DNA from: a virus
DNA: 64,000 nt
Virus record (IMG/VR): IMGVR_UViG_3300020579_000012
Span: 4,946-68,945 of that record
Strand: one strand, 5' to 3'
In this document: in pieces, positions 7,542 to 15,449 of the stretch
Layout of the letters: each line of letters starts with the position of its first letter
Position numbering within the stretch: the first letter of the stretch is position 1
Translations under genes and position numbers: made by a program
Notes under the pieces: model-generated
Seen by the model: the letters and a program-made list of their open reading frames with translations, nothing else
What the model was told of the DNA's origin: nothing
The model's database searches: none

Positions 7542-7882
7542 CGGTTCCTCCTCTCGATTCCTCGCCGGACGCGCTTCGCCTCGCGCTCGGCGCCGCGCTC
7601 CGTGTAAGGGCCAGTAATCTTTGTCGCCTCGAGATGCTTATCGAGGACAATCACGGAGAAGTAGCGAGGCTCCTTAAAGCGACAGGAACCATGCTTCCGC
7701 TCATCGTGCGGACAGACCAGCGGAACGACGACGACCGCGGCCGACTTGATCGCGGCCCGCATAAGCGGATCCCGGCGTTTCGTCTTCTGGAAACAACTAC
7801 GACATATCGGACCGAGCTTCTCGTTCTCAACGAGCAGAAGACACTCGCAGGAAAAGCAATAGGACTCCTCGACTTTTTTCAT
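7538..7882 (-). CDS. Cys-rich protein (114 aa)
   Basis: Trimmed to ATG 7880-7882 (ATGA overlap with the integrase stop); CFSCEC..CRSCF. Confidence 0.55.
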   Translation of the reverse strand: MKKVEESYCFSCECLLLVENEKLGPICRSCFQKTKRRDPLMRAAIKSAAVVVVPLVCPHDERKHGSCRFKEPRYFSVIVLDKHLEATKITGPYTERGAEREAKRVRRGIERRNR

Positions 7883-8664
7883 CTCCGAAGCTTCTCGAAA
7901 GTGTTTACGACCTTCTCTTCCCTTGTATGAACGTAGATCTTCGCCAACTCGATCGAAGACCAACGAAGTTGAGACCTAACGTAGTTAAAGTCAGCTCCAG
8001 CAGCGATTAGCCTACTGGCACGGGTATGTCGAAGGATATGGATCAGACCAAATCGGTCTGGCTTTACGATATCTAAAATCCTTTCGAAGATGCTCTGAAG
8101 CGTCCTCTTTGGAATCTTAAAAAGTAGATCATTCGGACCAAACTGCTTCACCCATGTACGCAACTCGTTCGTAAAATCGCTCTTATTGTCAAGATCGACT
8201 GGTAGAAGAGGGTGCCCTGACTTCTTAAGAGTTGGAATCCAAAGGCTCGAAAATGGACCTTTCTTCCAGTCGACGTATTTCGTACGCATTAGCAATGCTT
8301 CGCCACAGCGGCATCCAGTTTCAAGGATAAATCTGATCGTAATTCCAGCCGGATTCTCAATCTTCTTTGTTTCAGCAAGAACCTCCTTGTACTCCTCGTC
8401 GCTAAGATATTTAGTTGAGTCGATTACCGCGTTCGACGACGAAAGAGTTGAGCCCTTCGAATACTTCGATCTACAGCAACCTTCTAAGCATGTGATGAAC
8501 TTGTCACGACGCCCAGCAGACTTCATTATTTTCTGTTTACAGACGTGATTTGGTGATGTGCAGACCTTCGCTCGATCTCCGATATTGTACCGGGCCATGA
8601 ATGATTTCCCACAAATGAAGCAGGTCGAAGGAATCCGGTACTCTGACTTTTCCTTTTTTTTCAT
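7879..8664 (-). CDS. tyrosine recombinase / phage integrase family, with an N-terminal Cys-rich region
   Basis: TGCRCGEALLMR (Arg box), HILRHTRAS (HxxR), LRWSSIELAKIYVHT (catalytic Tyr). Confidence 0.85.
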   Translation of the reverse strand: MKKKEKSEYRIPSTCFICGKSFMARYNIGDRAKVCTSPNHVCKQKIMKSAGRRDKFITCLEGCCRSKYSKGSTLSSSNAVIDSTKYLSDEEYKEVLAETKKIENPAGITIRFILETGCRCGEALLMRTKYVDWKKGPFSSLWIPTLKKSGHPLLPVDLDNKSDFTNELRTWVKQFGPNDLLFKIPKRTLQSIFERILDIVKPDRFGLIHILRHTRASRLIAAGADFNYVRSQLRWSSIELAKIYVHTREEKVVNTFEKLRR

Positions 8665-9314
8665 TTTTTGTGCTCTCGAACGTAGAAGCCGTAATCCTGT
8701 CGCTTCCCGTCGATGTAGGCAAGCTTTGCACAGGCAAGATTGACACAGTAGTTAAAGGAGACTTGATCTCGCTTCGATCCTGACGAAATCTCATCCCACC
8801 AGAGCTCGTTGAAGCGTCGGACCGTATCGTTGTGCCTCCGGATTAGGATATTCGTCTCTCCTAAACCTGCCGCTGCTGGGTATCCGGCCTTTCTTAGTTT
8901 TGTCAAATGATTGACCATCACCAACGGATCTTCCTTCCCTGCGAGAACCGCCGCATTGCCGCCGATATAAACGCAGTCGATTGTCTGGTGACGAAAGAGC
9001 GCAATGTCGTTGTCCGATGTGTACTTCTCAACGAGCGCGCGCAGATCTACGTCGACAGCGTCGATCGCACCGTCTATCCAAACAACGAGTCGATAGTCTT
9101 GTACTGGACTGGCGTGGGACATGACCTTATATAGCCTCGCGTTGCGCGTCAAATCCTTGAGTACAGTCGGAAGGATAACCACCTTCGCCCGGCTCGGCAC
9201 CCTCTTTGGGTAGGAATCCGTAAGAAAAAATACGTCGATATCTTCCCCGAATTCCGGCTCGACGTACGGATCATAATCTCCAAAAATCCCAGTGTACACG
9301 GCAATTTTTTCCAT
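8661..9314 (-). CDS. DUF616-type glycosyltransferase-like protein
   Basis: IAVYTGIFGDYD..VFFLTD..VVWIDGAI..SKRDQVSFNY matches the DUF616 layout as I remember it. Confidence 0.7.
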   Translation of the reverse strand: MEKIAVYTGIFGDYDPYVEPEFGEDIDVFFLTDSYPKRVPSRAKVVILPTVLKDLTRNARLYKVMSHASPVQDYRLVVWIDGAIDAVDVDLRALVEKYTSDNDIALFRHQTIDCVYIGGNAAVLAGKEDPLVMVNHLTKLRKAGYPAAAGLGETNILIRRHNDTVRRFNELWWDEISSGSKRDQVSFNYCVNLACAKLAYIDGKRQDYGFYVREHKK

Positions 9315-9316
9315 GA

Positions 9317-9865
9317 TTATCGCGGCGGTAAAGGGTTGATCTTCGAAAGAGATTCGTACGACAGCAACTCACCGGCACGTCGACGCGCTTTCAAAAGCAC
9401 GCCCGGCATATTTGGAACATCCTGATCGAGCGTCAGGATCTCCATGTCAACGAAGATCTCACGGAAATGATCCAGCGTGAATCGCCAGTGGTCCTCCGGA
9501 TACGGGTGATACGGGAACCCAGGCGAACGGGTTGTGACGATTAGGAGGCCACCAACCTTCACGACGGCCTTCATCTGGTCTGTAGCCCTTTGCCAAGACT
9601 TGACGTGTTCAAGCATCTCCGTCGAGATGACAACGTCAAACTTTTCCATCCCAAACTCCTGGACGAGCCAGTCGACGCTCACGACCCGGTCGACGCACGG
9701 ACCCATCTGAAAGTCGATGCCCATGTACGAGGCTGGTTTCAACGGCTCAAGGACTTCTCGTGGAGTCCCGTTGACGTTGTAGCTGCCGACCTCCAGGACG
9801 CTCTTGCCGGAGATCTCGTCAGACTTGATCGAACGCTTCAAAAAGTCGATAACCGACGGATGCAT
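9317..9865 (-). CDS. class I SAM-dependent methyltransferase
   Basis: VLEVGSYNVNG (motif I-like) and FDVVISTEMLEHV. Confidence 0.8.
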   Translation of the reverse strand: MHPSVIDFLKRSIKSDEISGKSVLEVGSYNVNGTPREVLEPLKPASYMGIDFQMGPCVDRVVSVDWLVQEFGMEKFDVVISTEMLEHVKSWQRATDQMKAVVKVGGLLIVTTRSPGFPYHPYPEDHWRFTLDHFREIFVDMEILTLDQDVPNMPGVLLKARRRAGELLSYESLSKINPLPPR

Positions 9866-9913
9866 GTTCTTTCCCCTTCTTCAACTGGGATTATACCTTC
9901 AAACCCTAAATCT

Positions 9914-9935
9914 GCACACTATATTTCTACTGTGC
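9914..9935 (-). promoter_or_regulatory. 22-bp dyad motif copy
   Basis: GCACAGTAGAAATATAGTGTGC; a TATAAT lies 23 nt downstream; upstream of the methyltransferase gene. Confidence 0.55.
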
Positions 9936-10247
9936 AGCTCGAACTAAGACAAGAAGATCTCTCAGGATCACCGACTCCTCGAACTGCTGGCAGTCGATAA
10001 GTCTCTGACGGTACTCTTCCGCTTTCTTAACTAAAGCGCCGACCTTGACTTCTGCAACACGTTTATCGGGCTTCTTATTCTTTGCGCATGTCTCGCAGAA
10101 GATGTAGACCCGTCCAATTGCCCGAAGATCGTTAAGGAGTTCGACTTCGCACCCCTCGCAGCAGAAGATATTTCGTTCACCGCAGTTTCCACACCTTGAA
10201 CTTGCAGTTCCTTTTTTGTGGCAGGAAGCCATGACGCATTCAAGCAT
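9927..10247 (-). CDS. Cys-rich protein (106 aa)
   Basis: CGNCG..FCCEGCE..FCETC. Confidence 0.5.
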   Translation of the reverse strand: MLECVMASCHKKGTASSRCGNCGERNIFCCEGCEVELLNDLRAIGRVYIFCETCAKNKKPDKRVAEVKVGALVKKAEEYRQRLIDCQQFEESVILRDLLVLVRAAQ

Positions 10248-10253
10248 CGTAAA

Positions 10254-10691
10254 TCACCTGCAAGCGGCTACTACAGTATCGTGAAGTTCGACTAACCCGA
10301 GCATCTGCTGGTAACTATGAACCCACTCAACCATCCGACGCATCAGGCCGAAGTCCTCGCCCTTGGCGTACAAGCCAATAATCTTAACACCACGCGCCCA
10401 AGCCATCCCGAGCTCTGCCGAGGCATCCTTACCGGACGGACCGATGTACAGCACGCAGTCTGAATTCATAGCGCCGTTCGTGTCGTAGTCGAAAGAGGAC
10501 TTCCCTCGCTCCGACCAGACCCAATCATCAAACGGCATCGGCTTCCCGTCCTTCGTCGCTTCGTGCCCTTTCTGCTCGCCGTGATTGTTCTCGACGAACG
10601 ACAATACCTCATGCCCTCGATCGCGAAGCATGGACGTAAGCATCTCGACGGCATGCTGGTGCTTCCAGGATGCTGCGATGTAGATCTTCAT
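10254..10691 (-). CDS. nucleoside 2-deoxyribosyltransferase-like protein
   Basis: MKIYIAASWKH.. N-terminus and ..GKDASAELGMAWARGVKIIGLY.. resemble the PF05014-like fold signature. Confidence 0.65.
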   Translation of the reverse strand: MKIYIAASWKHQHAVEMLTSMLRDRGHEVLSFVENNHGEQKGHEATKDGKPMPFDDWVWSERGKSSFDYDTNGAMNSDCVLYIGPSGKDASAELGMAWARGVKIIGLYAKGEDFGLMRRMVEWVHSYQQMLGLVELHDTVVAACR

Positions 10692-10711
10692 TTATCCTCC
10701 TTCTTACTAAT

Positions 10712-10733
10712 GCACAGATCCTACCTTCGGTGC
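10712..10733 (-). promoter_or_regulatory. 22-bp dyad motif copy (degenerate)
   Basis: GCACCGAAGGTAGGATCTGTGC; upstream of the deoxyribosyltransferase-like gene. Confidence 0.4.
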
Positions 10734-10828
10734 CGACGGCTTCTAGAAGCACATAGGATCGTCCAAACGAGAACTCCAATAGCAAACCCGAGCGCTTCTA
10801 GAAGGAATATCGGCAGTTCGATCGTCAC
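10721..10828 (-). CDS. possible membrane peptide (35 aa)
   Basis: Not in track. GTG start; TIELPIFLLEALGFAIGVLVWTILCASRSRRHRR; contains both CTTCTAGAAG palindromes. Confidence 0.25.
   Translation of the reverse strand: MTIELPIFLLEALGFAIGVLVWTILCASRSRRHRR
10739..10804. repeat. two copies of the palindrome CTTCTAGAAG, 55 nt apart
   Basis: GCTTCTAGAAGC (10739-10750, perfect 12-mer) and CTTCTAGAAG (10795-10804). Confidence 0.6.
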
Positions 10829-10830
10829 GG

Positions 10831-11025
10831 TCAGTCTTCCTTCTTGCCGAAAAGCGCCTTGATCGCCTTGACAGCAATCCCGGCGACGTTTCCCTGATTC
10901 TTGTCTGCTCCGTGGTCAGCCGCCTTCTGGATGAGCTCCATGAGGTCGGCCTTCATTTTTTCAGGCGCCGAGCCTCCGTACTTCGTAACGAAGGCGTCGA
11001 TATGCGTGAACAGCTCCTTAAGCAT
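10831..11025 (-). CDS. hypothetical protein (64 aa)
   Basis: ORF track; operon orientation. Confidence 0.5.
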   Translation of the reverse strand: MLKELFTHIDAFVTKYGGSAPEKMKADLMELIQKAADHGADKNQGNVAGIAVKAIKALFGKKED

Positions 11026-11233
11026 CTTTTCCCCTTTCAGTTGGTATACGGTTCGCCTTTGAAACGGAGCGACAGGTAAGGACTACTGGAATAAATAAGA
11101 TCAGTCCGACCGACGCCCCTAGCCACCCCCCTGGCCTCTGATCGGACGCCCAGCAAAAAGCGAACAGAGCGACTGCTGTTATCCACCCGGGGTGGTTCTT
11201 TGCTCCATCCAACCATTCTCTCACTGATGTCAT
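11018..11233 (-). CDS. membrane protein (71 aa)
   Basis: Two hydrophobic segments (WITAVALFAFCWA; VGLILFIPVVLTC). Confidence 0.55.
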   Translation of the reverse strand: MTSVREWLDGAKNHPGWITAVALFAFCWASDQRPGGWLGASVGLILFIPVVLTCRSVSKANRIPTERGKDA

Positions 11234-11376
11234 TCCTTTCGCTCTCCACTAGAAGCATCTCCGTTGATCGTACCCCCAAACTTCAAGCGAATCGGAGGAC
11301 CACCATCGAAAAGATAGACCCCATCTTCGGGAACAACGAAAACTTTACATTTTTGATGACACGGACATTCGCACAA
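11230..11376 (-). CDS. Cys-rich ORF with no canonical start (frame open up to 11454)
   Basis: Not in track. ..CDGWAVSPKNAPDGAPDGFVLCECPCHQKCKVFVVPEDGVYLFDGGPPIRLKF..; ends in an ATGA overlap with the next gene; the only start candidate is an internal TTG. Confidence 0.3.
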   Translation of the reverse strand: MCECPCHQKCKVFVVPEDGVYLFDGGPPIRLKFGGTINGDASSGERKE

Positions 11377-11468
11377 AACAAACCCGTCGGGAGCTCCATC
11401 TGGAGCATTTTTAGGACTGACAGCCCATCCGTCACAACTTTCATGAAATCCGCACTAGCACTTAAAGG

Positions 11469-11690
11469 TCATGGCTTTATATATCCGCTGGAAGTATTTG
11501 CGCTTTTCGATGCCAGAATAAGCATCAGGTCGCGGTCATAGCTGAGAACCTGCTCGGCCAAGTCCTGGAGTAGGATCAACTCCAGGATCTCGGCATCCGT
11601 CATTGGGTCGTTCGTCTCCCACTTCTTGAGGATGAGTTCCTGGCGACGGTCGTTCGCCGCGTCCCACCATTTCAACTTCACCGTTGTCAT
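11469..11690 (-). CDS. hypothetical protein (73 aa)
   Basis: ORF track. Confidence 0.5.
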   Translation of the reverse strand: MTTVKLKWWDAANDRRQELILKKWETNDPMTDAEILELILLQDLAEQVLSYDRDLMLILASKSANTSSGYIKP

Positions 11691-11855
11691 CTACGCCTCC
11701 ACCCATTTCCCGTTCTCGCATCTCCGCTTCAGGTGCCCGGCCTCGTCCCGAGGTTCCGTCATCGGCTTCGGGTTCGACTTCCTGCCTTTGGTGGCCCAGA
11801 AATAGACATGGATCACATTTCCGATCCACCACTTAACAGGGTTCATGAATGTCAT
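11691..11855 (-). CDS. hypothetical protein (54 aa)
   Basis: Not in track. MTFMNPVKWWIGNVIHVYFWATKGRKSNPKP..; ATGA overlap upstream and TAGATG junction downstream. Confidence 0.4.
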   Translation of the reverse strand: MTFMNPVKWWIGNVIHVYFWATKGRKSNPKPMTEPRDEAGHLKRRCENGKWVEA

Positions 11856-12037
11856 GATTTGGCTCTCGTAATTCTTAGGTCGCCCATCTCGAACTCTGCC
11901 GCCTCTAGCGCCTTGTTCAGCGCCTTCAACTCGGCCTCGCCGTAGGCTTCAACCTGCCCCTCGTCGAGAGACTCCGCGAAGTTGAGCGCCGCGATCCAGA
12001 CCTTTTCGAGTAGCTTCACCTGATCGGATGGATTCAT
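11852..12037 (-). CDS. hypothetical protein (61 aa)
   Basis: ORF track. Confidence 0.5.
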   Translation of the reverse strand: MNPSDQVKLLEKVWIAALNFAESLDEGQVEAYGEAELKALNKALEAAEFEMGDLRITRAKS

Positions 12038-12058
12038 ATACGGTTCTCCAGGTAGCTC

Positions 12059-12217
12059 TTAGAAGAAATCCCTTCCCGCCGTGCAGGAGTACACGTCCCG
12101 CACGTCATCCCACTGGGCTTTGAGGAAGTCGTACTCCTCCAGGTCCACCGCCTCCGTTGCAGCATAGTCCAGGGCGATCATCCAGAGGAGCATGTCGTCT
12201 TTCGTCATAGCGTTCAT
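12059..12217 (-). CDS. hypothetical acidic protein (52 aa)
   Basis: Not in track. MNAMTKDDMLLWMIALDYAATEAVDLEEYDFLKAQWDD..; ATGA overlap. Confidence 0.4.
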   Translation of the reverse strand: MNAMTKDDMLLWMIALDYAATEAVDLEEYDFLKAQWDDVRDVYSCTAGRDFF

Positions 12218-12387
12218 TTGTCCAGATCAGGAACTCTACGCCCCCTGAGCGCCAGCATCAGGCGGGCACTACCCCGGTCCCAATTCTTCTGGTCGTGCGG
12301 CGACATCTTCTCGTAAGGCACAAGCATCGCCCGCTTCGCCCTCTTGATGCCGCGTTCCAGTCTCTTCTTCTTCCCAGCCTCACTCAT
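12214..12387 (-). CDS. small basic protein (57 aa)
   Basis: Trimmed to ATG 12385-12387 (MSEAGKKKRLERGIKRAKRA..). Confidence 0.45.
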   Translation of the reverse strand: MSEAGKKKRLERGIKRAKRAMLVPYEKMSPHDQKNWDRGSARLMLALRGRRVPDLDK

Positions 12388-12421
12388 TCTGTGCTCCCTT
12401 TTGCAATCGTTCCTACTCGCC

Positions 12422-12625
12422 TTATTCGGAATTACGTACCATCGGAAGATCGTCCAATGGGACTGACTTATGATTCTCCCACTGGATCGAATGCCACACC
12501 CCGTCACCATGAAGTATGGCGTAGTGCGGCGGATCATGGGGCCTCGATCCTTGACACCAAACGAACGCCTCTCCACTCCACGTCCCTTCGACCTTGTACA
12601 CCGAGACGCACCTTTCGTTCAGCAC
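12422..12625 (-). CDS. hypothetical protein (67 aa)
   Basis: GGAGGAGG SD upstream of a GTG/TTG start. Confidence 0.45.
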   Translation of the reverse strand: MLNERCVSVYKVEGTWSGEAFVWCQGSRPHDPPHYAILHGDGVWHSIQWENHKSVPLDDLPMVRNSE

Positions 12626-12841
12626 TCAATACCTCCTCCGCGTCATCGGTGCCTCGGCCTTCTTCGTACACACGAAGCAGTATTCAACGGAAATGAACTT
12701 CACCATCGTCTCTGTAAAGGTCGGCACCAGAAACCTAAAGCCCGTAATTCCCTTCGCCTTCAGGCCGTAGTCGCAGGAAGAGTTAATGGTCGCTATCGCT
12801 TTCAACTCTACTCCGCAGCCATCGCACTTCGTAATCTGCAT
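12626..12841 (-). CDS. zinc-ribbon protein (71 aa)
   Basis: Trimmed to ATG 12839-12841 (MQITKCDGCGVEL..CFVCTKK). Confidence 0.5.
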   Translation of the reverse strand: MQITKCDGCGVELKAIATINSSCDYGLKAKGITGFRFLVPTFTETMVKFISVEYCFVCTKKAEAPMTRRRY

Positions 12842-12858
12842 CTTTACCTCTTCTGTGC
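12838..12858 (-). promoter_or_regulatory. dyad motif copy (21 bp)
   Basis: GCACAGAAGAGGTAAAGATGC; contains ATG 12841. Confidence 0.45.
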
Positions 12859-13188
12859 CAACCCGTTCACGAAAGGAAGCGCCTTCTTCACGCACTCGAG
12901 ATGCAGGCCGTTGTAGTCGCATACCTCGGGTGCATTTTGAGGAAGGATACGCATTGAAATGGCGGGTTCGATTCCCATCTCCATCGCAACCCAGCCAGAG
13001 CTGTCGTGGTAGACCCTGTAAGCCGTAGCCTTGACCGATTTCCCACAGTAGGCGCAACGCCATTGAGGGCATTCTCTGAGCGACTGAGCTGAGGCAACCG
13101 CTCTTTTAAGATCCGCTTCCGAAGGCTCCGCATGACAGCCATCGTGACTGCATTTTGAGACTTCGACCTGAACTCCGTTTATGATCAT
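12844..13188 (-). CDS. Cys-rich protein (114 aa)
   Basis: GGAGGAAAT SD; CSHDGCH..CPQWRCAYCGK. Confidence 0.55.
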   Translation of the reverse strand: MIINGVQVEVSKCSHDGCHAEPSEADLKRAVASAQSLRECPQWRCAYCGKSVKATAYRVYHDSSGWVAMEMGIEPAISMRILPQNAPEVCDYNGLHLECVKKALPFVNGLAQKR

Positions 13189-13196
13189 ATTTCCTC

Positions 13197-13517
13197 CTAC
13201 AGAGCCTTCTTCTTCCTGTCGTACTCTGGAACAAAGTCGTTCACGAGATCGTGCTGTAGCTTTTGGTCGTACTCAGGCGTCTTCGACGGCTTTGTGAAAG
13301 CTCCGCGCCACTCCTCGTCGACATATCCGAGAAAGGTGTGCGCTTCCGCTAGGAGGTACTCGAAGTTATTCTCGAGCTTCTTCTTCCGATTCGGATCCGT
13401 CTCCTCCCACCACGCCTGCCACGTCTTCTCCAGGGTATTGACCACGCGCCGTAGATTGCTAATTGGCATTCCCATTCCCACAGATACCTCCACATCATTG
13501 CTAAGGTTCCTACTCAC
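13197..13517 (-). CDS. hypothetical protein (start uncertain)
   Basis: ORF track; an internal ATG preceded by GGAGGT is an alternative start. Confidence 0.55.
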   Translation of the reverse strand: MSRNLSNDVEVSVGMGMPISNLRRVVNTLEKTWQAWWEETDPNRKKKLENNFEYLLAEAHTFLGYVDEEWRGAFTKPSKTPEYDQKLQHDLVNDFVPEYDRKKKAL

Positions 13518-13529
13518 GAATCTTTAAGA

Positions 13530-13562
13530 GGAGCCCGTCAACGGGGGAACCCGCCGGGCTCC
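13530..13562 (-). terminator. GC-rich hairpin downstream of gene 13619-14161
   Basis: GGAGCCCG..CGGGCTCC 8-bp stem; no U-tract. Confidence 0.35.
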
Positions 13563-13586
13563 AAAGGAAGTTGGATATCAATATAA

Positions 13587-13608
13587 GCACTCATCTTTAC
13601 TTCTATGC
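13587..13608 (-). promoter_or_regulatory. 22-bp dyad motif copy
   Basis: GCATAGAAGTAAAGATGAGTGC; intergenic, followed by TTATATT. Confidence 0.5.
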
Positions 13609-13618
13609 AAACCTAGAC

Positions 13619-14161
13619 TCAAGACTCTCCCCTCATCGTCTCTTCGTTCAGCTTCTTGACACTGATCTCTCCGCGCGCGAGCTGGCCGAGAAGATCTCCG
13701 CCATGCCGTACACCGTCGTCACGCTGACTCCTCAAGGCCGCCCGCACCGCTAAGTCTAGGCGATCGATCACCTTCCCGGTCGCTGCCGGACCCTTATAGA
13801 CCAGCGCCTTTTCGTAGAACGTGGTGTAGTAGGTTCGCCCACGGGTCTCCGTAGGAAGCGGAGAAACGTCTTTAGCGTAGGCGTCCCGATGAGACTTCGA
13901 CGGAGTCAAAACTCGTCTAGTCAATGCCTGAAACGCCTCAACCATCTCCTTCCTAATCTCGTCATCACGAACGAAGAAGTGGGGCCAGTCTGGAACGAGC
14001 CGGAATAGAGCCTCTTCTTTACTCTCCTCTTTGTGGTCTGCGTCCATCTTGACGGCCCTGCCGAGCGAGAGAAGTTTCGCGCATTCGTCGCAAAGACGAT
14101 CAGCATAGCGCCAACCCTTCTTTCCGCAACCGTGGCAGGGCTTATAAGTTCCGCCGCTCAT
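13619..14161 (-). CDS. hypothetical protein with N-terminal zinc ribbon (180 aa)
   Basis: Trimmed to ATG 14159-14161 (GGAG SD); CHGCGKKGW..CDEC. Confidence 0.6.
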   Translation of the reverse strand: MSGGTYKPCHGCGKKGWRYADRLCDECAKLLSLGRAVKMDADHKEESKEEALFRLVPDWPHFFVRDDEIRKEMVEAFQALTRRVLTPSKSHRDAYAKDVSPLPTETRGRTYYTTFYEKALVYKGPAATGKVIDRLDLAVRAALRSQRDDGVRHGGDLLGQLARGEISVKKLNEETMRGES

Positions 14162-14168
14162 AAAGTCT

Positions 14169-14180
14169 CCGTGTACACGA
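14169..14180. promoter_or_regulatory. GTGTACAC-core palindrome at a gene junction
   Basis: Minus strand: TGATCGTGTACACGGAGACTTTATG. Confidence 0.5.
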
Positions 14181-14252
14181 TCACTTCGCCTTGGAATGCT
14201 CACGGACCTTGACGAGAATCTTCTCGAGGCTCTCTGGCGTCGTCCGAATCAT
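14181..14252 (-). CDS. possible 23-aa peptide
   Basis: Not in track. MIRTTPESLEKILVKVREHSKAK; its stop directly abuts the palindrome site at 14169-14180. Confidence 0.2.
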   Translation of the reverse strand: MIRTTPESLEKILVKVREHSKAK

Positions 14253-14271
14253 TGAGTAGTCGAGCCTCGTT

Positions 14272-14577
14272 TCACCGACCAGCCATACCTTTGGTTGGAC
14301 CCTGTGCATCCGTTCCTCCTTCTTCTTCGATGCCATGCGCCTTTATAATCGCGCTCTCGACTGCAGGAATAACTGCCGCTGCGAGATCGCGCAGGATCCG
14401 CTCCTGAGCTGCGCTCGGACATTGCTCAGCAGCAGCGATCATGCCGTCTTTGAAGGCTGTCGAAACAATCCGAATCGTCGACATCAGCAGCGACTCGACG
14501 TCCCTCTCGAAAGACTCGGTCGACTTATCGCCGGTCGCCCGCTTCGCCCATCGGTCAAGGAATTCATCCTTCGTCAC
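14272..14577 (-). CDS. hypothetical protein (101 aa)
   Basis: ORF track, GTG start. Confidence 0.55.
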   Translation of the reverse strand: MTKDEFLDRWAKRATGDKSTESFERDVESLLMSTIRIVSTAFKDGMIAAAEQCPSAAQERILRDLAAAVIPAVESAIIKAHGIEEEGGTDAQGPTKGMAGR

Positions 14578-14620
14578 GTCGCTACCCCTGTATAATTCAT
14601 CCGGACACTTGCCCCTACTG

Positions 14621-14661
14621 GGGCGGGCCGCCGCTGGGGTGTTCCCGGCGACGGCCCGCCC
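14621..14661 (-). terminator. GC-rich hairpin immediately after gene 14666-15319
   Basis: GGGCGGGCCG..CGGCCCGCCC 10-bp stem with a 21-nt loop. Confidence 0.4.
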
Positions 14662-14665
14662 TTCT

Positions 14666-15319
14666 CTAGCAGCCGGTCGCAGTTCCTTGAGACTTCCGAT
14701 GTAACTCGAGAGCTGTCCGGAATGACTTCACTTCTGTCTCGTTGCGATTGAGCGACGGGGACTTGAGCACGATCGCCTCAGCAAGGACCAGGAGACGCCC
14801 GAACGGCTTCGTAGCGAGCTTAGATTTTTCGTTGGCCTCTTTGATACGGATCTCTGCCAGCTCGACCGCCCGCTCGGACTCACGAGCGACGTCATGCGAT
14901 CTCCCTGCGCGACGCTCGGACTTGTCGCGAGCGATCTGCATCGTCGTGAGAGTGTTCTGAAGCGTCACGGTCTTCTGTTCAGCGGAAGCCGTCCGGACGA
15001 GCAAAAGTTTCTCGTTCTCGGTGAACTTATCGAGCTGGCGCTTGTAGTCGACGAGTGCTCGGTCCTTCTGACCGACTTCCTTCCGGAGACCGTCGACCTG
15101 TCCCTGGAGCTCCTTATCGGTCCGGGCCATCTTCAGGCGGACGTTCTCGGCTTCGAGGCGGATCACCTGGGCGTTCTTCTCGCGAACGAGGGACTTCAAA
15201 CTGAGAACCTCAGACTCGAAATCCGAGCTTCGTTTCGTAAGGTTCACGATCCGAAGCTCCAACGCGATCCGATCATCCGACTCCGTCAGCTCCAGGCCCA
15301 TTTCTCTGTCTCCTACCAT
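14666..15319 (-). CDS. coiled-coil protein (217 aa)
   Basis: Heptad-like, E/K/R/L/Q-rich throughout. Confidence 0.65.
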   Translation of the reverse strand: MVGDREMGLELTESDDRIALELRIVNLTKRSSDFESEVLSLKSLVREKNAQVIRLEAENVRLKMARTDKELQGQVDGLRKEVGQKDRALVDYKRQLDKFTENEKLLLVRTASAEQKTVTLQNTLTTMQIARDKSERRAGRSHDVARESERAVELAEIRIKEANEKSKLATKPFGRLLVLAEAIVLKSPSLNRNETEVKSFRTALELHRKSQGTATGC

Positions 15320-15329
15320 CGAAAATTAC

Positions 15330-15446
15330 TTAGTACGCGATCATCCGAAACACTCGAACGGCGACACCAAGAACAGCACCCAGTAGAATGATCGTTGCGG
15401 AAACGATCAGAATACACTCGATCACGTCCCTCGTCTCCTTCCTCAT
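15330..15446 (-). CDS. small membrane protein (38 aa)
   Basis: Trimmed to ATG 15444-15446, 3 nt after a dyad-motif copy; MRKETRDVIECILIVSATIILLGAVLGVAVRVFRMIAY. Confidence 0.4.
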   Translation of the reverse strand: MRKETRDVIECILIVSATIILLGAVLGVAVRVFRMIAY

Positions 15447-15449
15447 CCT

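Noticed and set aside
12214-12576. Full 120-aa version of this ORF
   Set aside because: Its 5' half overlaps 12422-12625, which has a GGAGGAGG SD. Only the part from ATG 12387 (MSEAGKKK...) was kept.
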